From an uncultured Dehalococcoidia bacterium (lineage in GTDB: Bacteria; Chloroflexota; Dehalococcoidia; Lucifugimonadales; GCA-2712585): DNA of 64,000 bases. The DNA is taken from assembly GCA_964439905.1 (NCBI GenBank), contig CAYTPK010000022.1:90258-154257 (forward strand). Reading direction: 5' to 3'. The notes below the pieces were generated by a model that had not been told where the DNA came from, did no database searches, and worked only from the letters and a program-made list of their open reading frames with translations. Position numbers and translations under genes: made by a program. Positions within the stretch are counted from its first letter, which is position 1. The number at the start of each line of letters is the position of its first letter. Positions 27,709 to 37,702 of the stretch are shown one piece after another.

Positions 27709-28599
27709 GTGAAATTCGCCTTTTTCCCGGGTTGTGTGTCACGGGGCGGCTGCCCGGAACTTTATCCAGCTGCGAAGAAAGTATGTGCTCAACTTGGGAT
27801 TGAATTAGATGAGTTGCAGGACAGAGGGGCCACCTGTACAGGAGCTGGAGTCCTTCAGGAAAAGAACCAATTTCTTGGTGATGTCCTGAATGCTAGAACT
27901 TTTGCTATAGCAGAAGGACTAGGATTACCAATTATGGTGATTTGCAGTACCTGTCAGGGAGTCATGAGCCAGGCTAATAAGAGACTGAAAAATGATCCGG
28001 CCTATCTTGCCAAAGTTAACGAACAACTGAGCGAAGAAGGATTAGAATATAAAGGTACTGCGAGTCCTAGGCATTTGTTGTGGGTGATGGTGGAAGATAT
28101 AGGAATAGATAATCTAAAAACGTACGTGAGAAGGCCTTTAAGTGGTTTGAGATTAGCACCTTTTTATGGTTGTTACATAATTAGGCCCAGTGATGATCTG
28201 GAGTTTAAATTGTACAAGGATAGGGAGGATTCCCTCGAGAAAGTAATGGAGGCTTTAGGTGCTGAACCTGTAGATTTTCCGGGTAAAACTCGCTGTTGTG
28301 GTTTTCCAATACTTACGATAAACGAAAAGAATTCCGTCCAAATGGTAGCTAATCACACGACATCAGCCAAGCAATTAGGTGCCGATGCGTTAGTTACACC
28401 GTGTCCTCTTTGTCATTTGAATCTGGACGGTTATCAACCAAGCGCCATGAAGCAGACGCAACAGGACATTAACATACCAATTATACATCTTCCTCAGCTT
28501 GTAGGGTTGGCTATGGGGTTTGATCCTAAGGAGCTAGGGCTCTCTCGTCATATCATATCCACGAAGAAAGTGTTAAGTAAGATTCAGGTCTCCGCTTAA
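27709..28599 (+). CDS. HdrB-like CCG-domain subunit (SdhE/SdhC of type-E succinate:quinone oxidoreductase)
   Basis: 296 aa with a GTG start. It has two Cys-rich CCG-type repeats (FFPGCVS...CTGAG...CSTCQG and FYGCY...RCCGFP...CPLCHLN) and no TM helices. It lies directly downstream of sdhAB. Confidence 0.8.
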   Translation: MKFAFFPGCVSRGGCPELYPAAKKVCAQLGIELDELQDRGATCTGAGVLQEKNQFLGDVLNARTFAIAEGLGLPIMVICSTCQGVMSQANKRLKNDPAYLAKVNEQLSEEGLEYKGTASPRHLLWVMVEDIGIDNLKTYVRRPLSGLRLAPFYGCYIIRPSDDLEFKLYKDREDSLEKVMEALGAEPVDFPGKTRCCGFPILTINEKNSVQMVANHTTSAKQLGADALVTPCPLCHLNLDGYQPSAMKQTQQDINIPIIHLPQLVGLAMGFDPKELGLSRHIISTKKVLSKIQVSA

Positions 28600-29891
28600 C
28601 TCGCCAGTTTATCTATTACATTTGCAAAGGCATTGATAGTGTCAGAAATGTCTTTCCTGTCGTGCGCTAATGAAGGATAGAATTTTTGTGGCCCTTGGAA
28701 GATACCCTCTTCTTGCAGTAAATTACGAAAAACAGTCTTCATCTGATTGTTGGCGTTCAGTGTCGAGCGGTAGTCTGTTAAAGGATCTAATGTGAACATT
28801 AGATCAAAAACTGGGTCCTCTCCACTTGTTTGAGCAGGGATCTCTGATTCTAGACAGAATTTATCAAGAGATTCTCTTAATTGCCTTCCTGTTGACCATA
28901 ATTGTTCATATGTCCCCTCTTTGCGAAGTTCTGCCAGCGTAGCCAATCCGGCTGTCGCGGCTATAGGATTTCCATTTAGTGTACCTATTTGGGACACGTG
29001 ATTTAGTGAAGAAGTTTTTGATATATCATACATATCCATAATTTCTTGTCTACCGCACACAGCGCCGAGAGGATACCCTCCTCCCATAATCTTGCCGAGA
29101 GCAGTGAGGTCGGGTGTTACTCCGTATAGTGTTTGTGCTCCCCCATAGGAAAGCCTAAATCCAGTCACTACCTCGTCAAATATTAAAGGAATCTCGTAGT
29201 GCGCTGTAACTTCTCGGAGCGATTTAAGAAATCCAGGGGACGGAGGTATCATTCGTTGCATAGGTTCGAGGATTACACCGGCTATCTCATCGTGATGTTT
29301 TTCTATTATTGAAGTGGAAATGTCTGTGTTGTTGAAGGGAGCGATCAGCACGAGATTTTGGATAGATTCTGGAATTCCTCCCGTACTGGCCTGTGATGTA
29401 GGAAAAGAATTCAAGGTTCTTGGTTCCTGGCTCATTAACGCATAGTCGCTTGTTCCGTGGAACCCACCTTCAAACTTGAGTATTTTATCCCGCTGACGGA
29501 AGGCTCTCGATATGCGCATGGCTTGAAATGTTGCGTCGGTACCGGAGGTAGTAAATCGTACTTTGTCTGCGCAGGGTATGGCTTTGACCAGTTCTTCTGC
29601 CAATAAGATTGATGGTTGGTTGTTAGCAAAGAATGTGCTACCTAACGATATAGCTTCGGATACAGCCGTTACCACACTAGGATGTGAATGCCCTAAGACC
29701 ATGGGGCCTGAGCCCATGAGGTAATCAATATAGGATCTCCCAGAGATATCCCATATTCTTGAGCCACTACCTCTCTGTACAATCAAGTCGTGTTGAGAGT
29801 CCAGCGTTACATTTCCTAATCCTCCCCCTGATAGGTAGCGGTGGGCTTTGTCAATCAGCTGTTTTTCTTTCAGGGTATCAGAGTTATTCAT
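28596..29891 (-). CDS. Class-III aminotransferase, glutamate-1-semialdehyde aminomutase (HemL)-like paralog
   Basis: 431 aa. It has FDEVVTGFRLSYGGAQTLYGVTPDLTALGKIMGGGYPLGA, which includes the PLP lysine. It lacks the canonical HemL N-terminal PGGVNSPVRAF. Confidence 0.8.
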   Translation of the reverse strand: MNNSDTLKEKQLIDKAHRYLSGGGLGNVTLDSQHDLIVQRGSGSRIWDISGRSYIDYLMGSGPMVLGHSHPSVVTAVSEAISLGSTFFANNQPSILLAEELVKAIPCADKVRFTTSGTDATFQAMRISRAFRQRDKILKFEGGFHGTSDYALMSQEPRTLNSFPTSQASTGGIPESIQNLVLIAPFNNTDISTSIIEKHHDEIAGVILEPMQRMIPPSPGFLKSLREVTAHYEIPLIFDEVVTGFRLSYGGAQTLYGVTPDLTALGKIMGGGYPLGAVCGRQEIMDMYDISKTSSLNHVSQIGTLNGNPIAATAGLATLAELRKEGTYEQLWSTGRQLRESLDKFCLESEIPAQTSGEDPVFDLMFTLDPLTDYRSTLNANNQMKTVFRNLLQEEGIFQGPQKFYPSLAHDRKDISDTINAFANVIDKLAS

Positions 29892-29979
29892 CGGCTGATG
29901 CTCCTTGGTATGACTTTTCTTTTATCATAGAGTTGGCTTGTCTTGATCTCAAGGTAATTAGATAGAAATGTCAGTTACG

Positions 29980-30921
29980 CTAGTTAGGATTCTTTTTGTA
30001 CATTACGTCGACTAATTCCTTGACGCTTGCGATAGACCGGCTTAGCATTGAACTCTCGTCTTTCGTGAGTTCAATGTCCATTATTTGCTCTACTCCATTG
30101 GCTCCAAGTTTTATCGGCACGCCTAGAGAGAGACCATGAACCCCGAATTCTCCCTCTAGATAAACACATGCAGGGAAAATACGTTTTTTATCTAATAATA
30201 CCGATTCGGCCATTTGGGCTACTGCGGCTGAAGGAGCATAATAGGCACTTCCAGATTTAAGAAGTCCCACGATTTCGCCTCCACCTTGGCGAGTACGCTG
30301 GACGATCGCATCAATCTTTTCAGCCGATAAAAGTTCTGTTATTGGAATTCCACCTATTGTTGTGTATCTGACCAAAGGCACCATATCATCTCCGTGGCCT
30401 CCAAGAACGTATGCCTGAACGTCGTCGACAGAAACGTTCAGTTCTAGAGCAATAAAGGTACGGAATCTGGCGGTATCTAATACTCCAGCCATGCCAAATA
30501 CCCTATGTTTAGGGAGCCCGCTGACTTTGTAGGAATGATGGAGCATGGCGTCTAATGGGTTACTGACAACCATTAAAAGACAATTTGGCGAAAACTTTAC
30601 GACTTCCCTGGTAACGTCACCTACTATATTCATATTAGTTAGTAGTAAATCATCCCGACTCATGCCGGGTTTCCTGGCTATTCCTGCTGTAATTATAACT
30701 AAGTCAGAGTCTTGAGAGTCCTCGTAGCTATTAGATCCTTTTATCAAGGAATCCGATCCCAGAATTGGACCCGATTCTAAAATGTCTAGGGCTTTTCCCT
30801 GAGGCATGTCCTCCACAATATCCAGAAGAACTATGTCAGCATATCCAAGTTCGTGAATGCGTTGGGCAGTTGTCGCACCAACGTTCCCAGCGCCCACGAC
30901 GGTAACCTTTTTTCTTACCAT
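29980..30921 (-). CDS. mdh: Malate dehydrogenase (LDH-like MDH)
   Basis: 313 aa. Contains [12 protein letters not shown] and [14 protein letters not shown], where the Arg (not Gln) marks MDH specificity, plus GGHGD. Confidence 0.92.
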   Translation of the reverse strand: MVRKKVTVVGAGNVGATTAQRIHELGYADIVLLDIVEDMPQGKALDILESGPILGSDSLIKGSNSYEDSQDSDLVIITAGIARKPGMSRDDLLLTNMNIVGDVTREVVKFSPNCLLMVVSNPLDAMLHHSYKVSGLPKHRVFGMAGVLDTARFRTFIALELNVSVDDVQAYVLGGHGDDMVPLVRYTTIGGIPITELLSAEKIDAIVQRTRQGGGEIVGLLKSGSAYYAPSAAVAQMAESVLLDKKRIFPACVYLEGEFGVHGLSLGVPIKLGANGVEQIMDIELTKDESSMLSRSIASVKELVDVMYKKNPN

Positions 30922-30959
30922 ATTCCTCTCCGTTTTATCAGAATTTGTTTGTATAAAAA

Positions 30960-32348
30960 TTATGTTCCCCAGGGAATTATGACTTCTTTTAATGCCTTAT
31001 ATCCTTCCAAGAACCCTGGACGAATACCCGAATAGACATCGTCGAACTTGGCCAATGCTGAGTCAAGCCAGTTCCGAAGGTTTGTGTTTCCAGGATTTGC
31101 ATCCAAATAGGCATCCCGGATGAGTACGAAATGAATGCGAGGATCGTATGGGCTCTTAGTTCCACCCATCGATTCATCACCATCAAGAAGTCGTAACAAC
31201 ATTGCATCCGCGGATCCTAAAGTTTGTTCATGGATGGGTGGGCCGTCCATACGATACATTACTGAAGTCATATCTCTGCCGTTACCGGTAGTGTATCCCA
31301 TCTCCTTCCACATTTTGCTGTCGAGGTTTTTGTCTGATCCTACAAACTCTAGTACTTTTTGGCCAAAAGCTCGTAGAGGATCCGATATGTCTGCAAGTAG
31401 GTCAGTGAGACGATCACCATCTAGATCAGTTGCTAGGACGACATTAGGCCGTCGTTCGATCAAATCCCAAATTAAAAGACCATAATTCGTGTCAGATATA
31501 TGTTGTTCTATTTGTCCGTTCCATTCTTCCATCCCGTGTTTGAAATTTTTGGGTAGAAGGGAAATAATTCTGTCTACACGGTCCTTATGTTCTTCATATC
31601 CATCCACAGCGTATTTGCGACCGATGGTAAACTTTGTGTCCCTTAGAAGCCAGGAGAGCAGGCCCGAATTGATCCCATCCTCCTGGGCTTGAGTTGGTTT
31701 CATAGCGACTCGGCCAAATTTAGTGGTCTCATGAACCATCTTTAAGAACAAACGGCACGAGTAGGCCATTTGAACACCCGGAGTATTCATTTCCGAGTGT
31801 ATATTGCCTGTTTCTGGGCTGACATAGAACTTTTTCTGATCTTGGGAATATGGCAAACAAGGCATACAACGCACAACCGTCGTAGGGCCATAGGGGCGAA
31901 CGTTGCAGTATACCCCAGCTTGCGTCCGTAATGGAGCATTGCCTGATTTTCCCATCACTACAACCTTACCTCCCTTCCCGTCGTTTACATATGCATCACC
32001 AGCGGTGGACCATTTGATCGATGTGCAGGGGATGTTACCGAACCAGCTAAGTGGTTCTAATTTCATATCATGTCGATATTGTGACCACATTGGTACGGCA
32101 TAAAAAGGCAATCCAAGAATGTCTATAGCGGCTATGGTTCCCAAAAGAGCGTATGCATCGGTAAGAGAATGAGCTACGGGATTTATCTTTCCATCGTGGT
32201 TACCTCCTTTCCAAATGACCGCATTTGGATGCCCAACGGGTCGGATGTCTCCAGGCGTAAAGATACTGGAGAGCAGTCCAAATAAATCTCCACCATCGGC
32301 TTCAATCCGTGCAATTTGCTTTAGGTCTAACATGTCAGTTCCTTTCAA
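30960..32348 (-). CDS. Hypothetical protein (no family recognised)
   Basis: Uninterrupted 462-aa ORF with no signal peptide or TM segment. It is Trp/Tyr/Asp-rich. It is packed between mdh and lexA with 38-nt gaps on both sides. Confidence 0.6.
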   Translation of the reverse strand: MKGTDMLDLKQIARIEADGGDLFGLLSSIFTPGDIRPVGHPNAVIWKGGNHDGKINPVAHSLTDAYALLGTIAAIDILGLPFYAVPMWSQYRHDMKLEPLSWFGNIPCTSIKWSTAGDAYVNDGKGGKVVVMGKSGNAPLRTQAGVYCNVRPYGPTTVVRCMPCLPYSQDQKKFYVSPETGNIHSEMNTPGVQMAYSCRLFLKMVHETTKFGRVAMKPTQAQEDGINSGLLSWLLRDTKFTIGRKYAVDGYEEHKDRVDRIISLLPKNFKHGMEEWNGQIEQHISDTNYGLLIWDLIERRPNVVLATDLDGDRLTDLLADISDPLRAFGQKVLEFVGSDKNLDSKMWKEMGYTTGNGRDMTSVMYRMDGPPIHEQTLGSADAMLLRLLDGDESMGGTKSPYDPRIHFVLIRDAYLDANPGNTNLRNWLDSALAKFDDVYSGIRPGFLEGYKALKEVIIPWGT

Positions 32349-32386
32349 CCCTTTAACAGAGAATTATACCGAAGAATGCGGTCACT

Positions 32387-33037
32387 CTACAGTGTACGTA
32401 CCACTCCTACAACTTTACCCATTGTTTCAACATTTGATGCGTTTACGAGTATTGGCTGCATTGTAGAGTTTTCTGGTTGGAGGCGAACGATTTTACCTTC
32501 ACGGTATATGCGTTTTAGCGTGGTTTCCTCTTCCAGTTTTAACCAAGCTATTACCATGTCCCCATCTTGAATTGAAGATGTTGGGTCGATCAATATTACA
32601 TCTCCCTCGTCGATCAGGGCATCAATCATCGATTGGCCTTTTACTTTGAGGGCGTATATGTGGTTCCCTTCTTTGTTCATATGCCTAGGGATTTCTATTG
32701 TCTCAATAGGTTCTGTGTGGGCGGAGCCATCTCCTCCAGGGCCGAGTGCGGGTTCACCTGCGGATATATAGCCAAATAGGGGGATTTTTGGAAGAAAGCT
32801 TGCCACTTCCCCATTCTCGTTAAGCAGTTCGATTCCACGAGCCACATCAGGGTGCCTCTTTATGTATTGCCCTTTTTGTAGCAGCTTCAAATTATAGTCG
32901 ACAACTGATGTAGAACTTATACCGCAAGCTTTTTGTATATCTCTTACTGTAGGTGGGGACGGATTATCCTCCAGAAAAGCCTCTATAAAGCGCAACATCT
33001 TCAACTGGCGGTCTGATAATTTTTTATTTAATTGCAT
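32387..33037 (-). CDS. lexA: LexA repressor (S24 peptidase)
   Basis: 216 aa. It has an N-terminal winged HTH (PTVRDIQKACGISSTSVVDYNLKLL), an AG cleavage region (ISAGEP), the catalytic Ser in VKGQSM and a Lys in TLKR. Confidence 0.9.
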   Translation of the reverse strand: MQLNKKLSDRQLKMLRFIEAFLEDNPSPPTVRDIQKACGISSTSVVDYNLKLLQKGQYIKRHPDVARGIELLNENGEVASFLPKIPLFGYISAGEPALGPGGDGSAHTEPIETIEIPRHMNKEGNHIYALKVKGQSMIDALIDEGDVILIDPTSSIQDGDMVIAWLKLEEETTLKRIYREGKIVRLQPENSTMQPILVNASNVETMGKVVGVVRTL

Positions 33038-33110
33038 TTGTTTTGTGGATGGTTCTAACCGGGTTCACACCACCGAGTCGAATGTCCACTGGAATGCCTA
33101 GTCTGGCTAT

Positions 33111-33377
33111 CTAAGGTGTCGACTTTTCTGATACGGCGTTTAGACGTTTCATTAGGCGTGATTTACGGCGTGAAGCATTATTTTTGTGGATAACTCCCTT
33201 TTTTGCGGCACGGTCTAGTCCTTGAATTGCTCTTTTAACAGATTCGTTTGCTAAGTCCTTGTCTGCTTGTGATATCGCATCCAACGCCGTGGCTATACGA
33301 GTCCTGGTTGAGGACCGGTCAATTCTATTTCTTGCACGCCTCCGCTGAGAGACTCGAGCCGATTTTTCCGCAGGCAA
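33111..33377 (-). CDS. rpsT: 30S ribosomal protein S20
   Basis: 88 aa with a TTG start. It is very basic, with SARVSQRRRARNRIDRSSTRT... typical of bS20. Confidence 0.9.
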   Translation of the reverse strand: MPAEKSARVSQRRRARNRIDRSSTRTRIATALDAISQADKDLANESVKRAIQGLDRAAKKGVIHKNNASRRKSRLMKRLNAVSEKSTP

Positions 33378-33478
33378 ATTAATTCCCCTTTTATGTTTCT
33401 TAGACTAGACGCTATTGATTTCGTGTCCGGGTCCATTATAGCGCCAGAGGATTTTCAAAGAAAGCCCTAGGTCTTTTG

Positions 33479-35653
33479 TTATTGACTTGAACTCGGGTTA
33501 TTCCTTACTACACTCAGAATACCCTTTATACCTTCTATTTTTCCGAACATCCTTCCTAATTGATGAACGCCTACAGTATAAATCATAAGAGTTATAGTAG
33601 CAGTTCCGTCGTCGTGTTCGTCGGTAACGGATGACCCGATATTTATGCCTTCCTCAGAAACTTTCGCGCTGATGTCTCTTAGAAGTCCTACCCGATCTTC
33701 TGCTTCTATGGTCAATCTGACAGGATAGAGTTCCTGTTCTACACCCCATTCAACTGCCACCAATCTCTCCATCTCGTCTTCGTTTTCTATGACGAAGCAG
33801 CCGGTTTTATGTACAGTAACACCACGTGTCCTTGTTATATAGCCAACAATCTTTTCACCAGGTATTGGATTGCAACACTTAGCGATCCTGGTTATTAGGT
33901 CGCCAACTCCGAGAACCTTTATTGAATAGCTGCTGGAGACTGTAATTGGGTTAGGTTTACTTGGATATTCGTTATTGGGCTTAGATATTATCCTATTGAT
34001 GATTTGATTTATGGTTACTTCGCCAGCTCCAAGAGATACAAGAAGCTCATCTCCAGTTTTACGTTTGAAGATAGTTGCTATCTCTTCTGGGTCCATCTCT
34101 ATGTCTAGCCGTCTCGATTCTTTTTTCAGCAGGTCACGTCCTACTTGAATATTTACCTTTCTACTCTGTCGTCTGAACCATTGCCTTATACTAGAACGAG
34201 CGCTAGCTGTTCGTGTGTAACCAAGATTCTGGTTCAGCCAGTCAAGGCTAGGCCCCCTGGGCGTTTTGGTAGCCATGATTTCTATTGTATCCCCGTTTTT
34301 CAGTTGATAATCCAGAGCGGTCAGCCTTCCATTAACCTTAGCTCCGATACATCTATGTCCCAATTCCGTATGGATTCTATAGGCGAAATCTATTGGGGTG
34401 GCTTCGGCCGGTAGCTCGATTATTTCTCCTTTTGGTGTATAGGCAAATACCTGATCCTTGAAAAGATCAGTTTTTACAGATTCCAAGAATTCGTCTGTTC
34501 CGATCATATCTCTTTGCCACTCAAGGAGCTGTCTTAGCCAGGCCATTTTTTCCTCAAATTTTGTATCATTACTCACGCCTTCCTTATAGCGCCAGTGGGC
34601 AGCGACACCGTATTCGCCCATTTGGTGCATTTCGTACGTGCGAATTTGAACTTCCAGTGGAATGGCATCTTTACACATAACGGTTGTGTGTAAAGATTGG
34701 TACATATTCTCCTTAGGGCTACCTATATAATCATCAAATTGGCCAGGGATCGGCCTCCATAAGTTGTGGACGATGCCCAAAGTGTTGTAACAATCCGTTT
34801 TATTCTCTACTAGTACCCTAATCGCGTAAAGGTCGTGAATATCACTAATATTCTTGCCGAGTTCTGCATATTTTATGCTTTTTTGGTAAATACTATAAAT
34901 ATGTTTAGGGCGGCCTATAACGTGTGCTCCTATGTTTTGACCTTTGAGTTCTGTCGATAGGCTTTTACATATATTGGATATATAGGATTCGCGCTCAGTT
35001 CTTCTAGCGGATAGCATTTTCGAGATTTGTTTATATTCGGTCGGTTGGAGGTAGTGGAAGGACATATCTTCTAGCCGCCATTTTATATCCCAAATCCCTA
35101 ATCTGTGTGCCAGTGGAGCATAGATGTCGAGGGGTTCCTTTGCTATCTTGTCACGTTTACTTTTGGGCAGAGCACTCAAGGTGCGCATGTTGTGGAGACG
35201 ATCAGCTAGTTTAATCAATACCACTCGTACGTCCTCGGCCATTGCAACGAGCATTTTTCTGAGTGTTTCAGCCTGGAGTCTATCTTCAGGCTCCAGAAGT
35301 GAATCCGGGATTTCTTTTACTTCCATCCGGGTTAGTTTGGTTACCCCATCAACAAGCCTGGATACATCTCCGCCGAAACGATCTGTCAGTTGCCTGAGAG
35401 TTACTCCACAATCTTCTACGACATCATGCAAGAGAGCTGCTGATAATGTTGTTACATCTAGGTTCAAGTCGGCAAGAAAAATTGCCGTGCCCAAAGGATG
35501 TTCTATATATGGGCCACCGGATTTTCTTTGTTGGTCTTTATGGCAACTTGCTGCAAACTCGTATACGTCTCGTATCTCTAAGGCCTTCTCTTTAGGAAGA
35601 TATTCGCCAACTCGGATTATCAAATCATCTATATTTGGAGCAGTATGAATCAA
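33479..35653 (-). CDS. relA: Bifunctional (p)ppGpp synthetase/hydrolase (RelA/SpoT homolog)
   Basis: 724 aa with a TTG start. The HD domain shows HPLGTA...LHDVVED. The synthetase region is YRSLHTTV-like (YQSLHTTV) with a RelA/SpoT-type loop (APLAHRLG). TGS and C-terminal ACT-like regions are present. Confidence 0.92.
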   Translation of the reverse strand: MIHTAPNIDDLIIRVGEYLPKEKALEIRDVYEFAASCHKDQQRKSGGPYIEHPLGTAIFLADLNLDVTTLSAALLHDVVEDCGVTLRQLTDRFGGDVSRLVDGVTKLTRMEVKEIPDSLLEPEDRLQAETLRKMLVAMAEDVRVVLIKLADRLHNMRTLSALPKSKRDKIAKEPLDIYAPLAHRLGIWDIKWRLEDMSFHYLQPTEYKQISKMLSARRTERESYISNICKSLSTELKGQNIGAHVIGRPKHIYSIYQKSIKYAELGKNISDIHDLYAIRVLVENKTDCYNTLGIVHNLWRPIPGQFDDYIGSPKENMYQSLHTTVMCKDAIPLEVQIRTYEMHQMGEYGVAAHWRYKEGVSNDTKFEEKMAWLRQLLEWQRDMIGTDEFLESVKTDLFKDQVFAYTPKGEIIELPAEATPIDFAYRIHTELGHRCIGAKVNGRLTALDYQLKNGDTIEIMATKTPRGPSLDWLNQNLGYTRTASARSSIRQWFRRQSRKVNIQVGRDLLKKESRRLDIEMDPEEIATIFKRKTGDELLVSLGAGEVTINQIINRIISKPNNEYPSKPNPITVSSSYSIKVLGVGDLITRIAKCCNPIPGEKIVGYITRTRGVTVHKTGCFVIENEDEMERLVAVEWGVEQELYPVRLTIEAEDRVGLLRDISAKVSEEGINIGSSVTDEHDDGTATITLMIYTVGVHQLGRMFGKIEGIKGILSVVRNNPSSSQ

Positions 35654-35764
35654 CTTACCTCACTGTACAAATGATATGATGAGTTAGACCTATAGTCCAG
35701 ACCGTTCATGTTGATTGGCTACAATTGCTTTTTTTTGGGCTAGCTCGGTTGAGAGGGATAGGTT

Positions 35765-37042
35765 ATGTTAGATGGAAAGGAGGCTTATAACGTGTACAAG
35801 GTTCCTCGCGGGACTAAGGATATCCTACCGGATGAACAGCGGTATTGGCGCTTAGTAGAAAAAGAAGCATCAGATTTAGCCAGACTCTACGGATTTCGTC
35901 GGATAGACACACCCGTTTTTGAGTCGTCCTCCTTGTTTCATCGGACAGTCGGGGAGCATACCGATTTGATAGGGAAAGAGACGTATGATTTTCAGGACCG
36001 TGGTAATGATATGCTCACTCTTAGGCCTGAGGGAACAGCTCCCATTTGTAGAGCGTATATAGAACATGGAATGCAGACTCTGCCTCAACCTATCCGACTC
36101 TTCTATTTCTGTCCTGTATTTCGATACGACAGACCACAGGCCGGTCGTTTCCGTCAACATCACCAATTTGGCGTAGAGATTATAGGAGAGTCGGATGCGA
36201 CGGTGGATGCAGAGGTGATCCATTTGGGGTGGACCCTCCTATCCAATTTGGGTCTTCAAAATATGAAGTTGGCTATAAATTCTATTGGAGACTATGAAGA
36301 ACGGAAATCATATGTAGAAGCTTTGCAAAATTATTATAGGGAACACTTCGATTCACTGTGTAGCGACTGCAAATATAGACTAGAAAAGAATCCACTCCGA
36401 TTACTGGATTGTAAGAAGAATGTCTGCCAGCCTTTCCAAAATGATGCTCCACGATCTACTTCTTATTTAGGGAGCGAATCTGGATCCCACTGGGAAGAAT
36501 TGATAGCATATCTAGGAGCACTAGGGGTTAATTACACAATAGATCATAAGTTAGTAAGGGGATTAGACTATTACACTAGGACAGTTTTTGAAATACAACC
36601 CAGTACAGAAGGAGCGCAAAGCACTCTGCTTGGAGGTGGTAGATACGACGGATTGATAGAGCAGTTAGGCGGTAAGCCTACACCTGGTGTGGGCTTTGCT
36701 TCCGGTATGGAACGCCTAATCCTAAACATGCAGCGAGATCAGGTATGGGTTGGACATTCAACTGGACCAACATACCTGATAGCCACGATAAATGACACAG
36801 GGACCAAAGACGCTATGAAATTAGCAAGCGAACTTAGATCCTTAGGTGTGGGAGTATTAATTGGCGCTAAAGGTAGAAGTTTACGATCACAAATGCGAAA
36901 TGCCCACTCCTTGAAGATACCATCAGTAATCATTCTTGGTGATGATGAAATTGCTAAAGGCACTGTCATTATCAGAAACATGATAAGTGGAGAGCAAGAA
37001 GAGATGTCAATGGAGGAATTTTTAAAACAAAGTAAAAGTTAG
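35765..37042 (+). CDS. hisS: Histidine--tRNA ligase
   Basis: 425 aa. The class II motifs are present: TLRPEGTAP, FRYDRPQAGRFRQHHQFGVE, GGGRYDGL and GFASGMERL. Confidence 0.93.
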   Translation: MLDGKEAYNVYKVPRGTKDILPDEQRYWRLVEKEASDLARLYGFRRIDTPVFESSSLFHRTVGEHTDLIGKETYDFQDRGNDMLTLRPEGTAPICRAYIEHGMQTLPQPIRLFYFCPVFRYDRPQAGRFRQHHQFGVEIIGESDATVDAEVIHLGWTLLSNLGLQNMKLAINSIGDYEERKSYVEALQNYYREHFDSLCSDCKYRLEKNPLRLLDCKKNVCQPFQNDAPRSTSYLGSESGSHWEELIAYLGALGVNYTIDHKLVRGLDYYTRTVFEIQPSTEGAQSTLLGGGRYDGLIEQLGGKPTPGVGFASGMERLILNMQRDQVWVGHSTGPTYLIATINDTGTKDAMKLASELRSLGVGVLIGAKGRSLRSQMRNAHSLKIPSVIILGDDEIAKGTVIIRNMISGEQEEMSMEEFLKQSKS

Positions 37043-37383
37043 GGTTTCCCTTTCCTACTACTAGCTATTGCTGCTCCTGCGGTCCCCAATACGCTGGCCC
37101 AAAAGAAAATACCTAATAGGGGTACCAATAGAGTGTCTCCAATAAGGCCGAAGAAATTGGGTTGAAATGTTCTAATCCCATACAAAGCAAAGACAGGAGC
37201 GGTCCAGAACATAGCTAGGGAAAGGCCGATTGCAGGAGCATGGATTTTTCTCGCAGATATTGTTCCAGCACCCACAAAGCCCCCTATCGCAGGTGCCAAT
37301 GGTCCGGAGACCAAGTGTACAATTGGTATGATTAAACATATCAGACTGACTCCGAAGGCTATAGATGCGGCTTTTAGTATCAC
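37039..37383 (-). CDS. Small Gly-rich integral membrane protein
   Basis: 114 aa with a GTG start and about four hydrophobic segments. No family was recognised. Confidence 0.5.
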   Translation of the reverse strand: MILKAASIAFGVSLICLIIPIVHLVSGPLAPAIGGFVGAGTISARKIHAPAIGLSLAMFWTAPVFALYGIRTFQPNFFGLIGDTLLVPLLGIFFWASVLGTAGAAIASSRKGKP

Positions 37384-37386
37384 GAA

Positions 37387-37482
37387 TTATGTTAAAAGGC
37401 TTGGCATGTATGTCTGCCAGAGGGCCGGCGGTTCCAAAACATCCATATCACTGTCAAATACTTTGAATCCGCGTTTAGTCAT
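37387..37482 (-). pseudogene. Possible remnant of an amidohydrolase-2 family gene (N-terminal 31 codons only)
   Basis: The minus-strand ORF reads MTKRGFKVFDSDMDVLEPPALWQTYMPSLLT*. The D-x-D-x-(H/D)-x-x-EP-x-LW pattern resembles the metal-binding N-terminus of Amidohydro_2 proteins. It is cut by a TAA stop, one codon before the start of the in-frame membrane-protein ORF. Confidence 0.3.
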
Positions 37483-37702
37483 TACGATATTTCCAAGAAT
37501 TTTGGGATAAGGGTAACTTCGAGGGCCAAAGTTGTAAAGCTAGAATGATTGAAGGCTGACCAGCCTGGGTTATTAGAATTAGAGTTATCCAAAGTTTTCA
37601 AGAGAATTAATATATTCCGCAGGTCTTAGGAGAATTAATAAAACTTGATATACTGCCCCTAGCAGAGTTAACATGGCCCAGTCCTCTCTAATTTGGGTGT
37701 AG

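Noticed and set aside
33038-33110. A search for a LexA (Cheo-type GAAC-N4-GTTC) box upstream of lexA.
   Set aside because: Only a short AACCGGGTT quasi-palindrome and direct GTTC repeats are present. There is no GAAC-N4-GTTC palindrome, so I make no operator call.
35124-35648. Long antisense or overlapping ORFs in the track. Examples are 35124-35648, 39664-40110, 45562-45966, 59163-59603, 20635-21021, 13253-13618 and 23485-23853.
   Set aside because: Each is fully nested opposite, or out of frame with, a gene that has strong family motifs. The translations are Ser/Arg/Pro-rich and carry no motifs.
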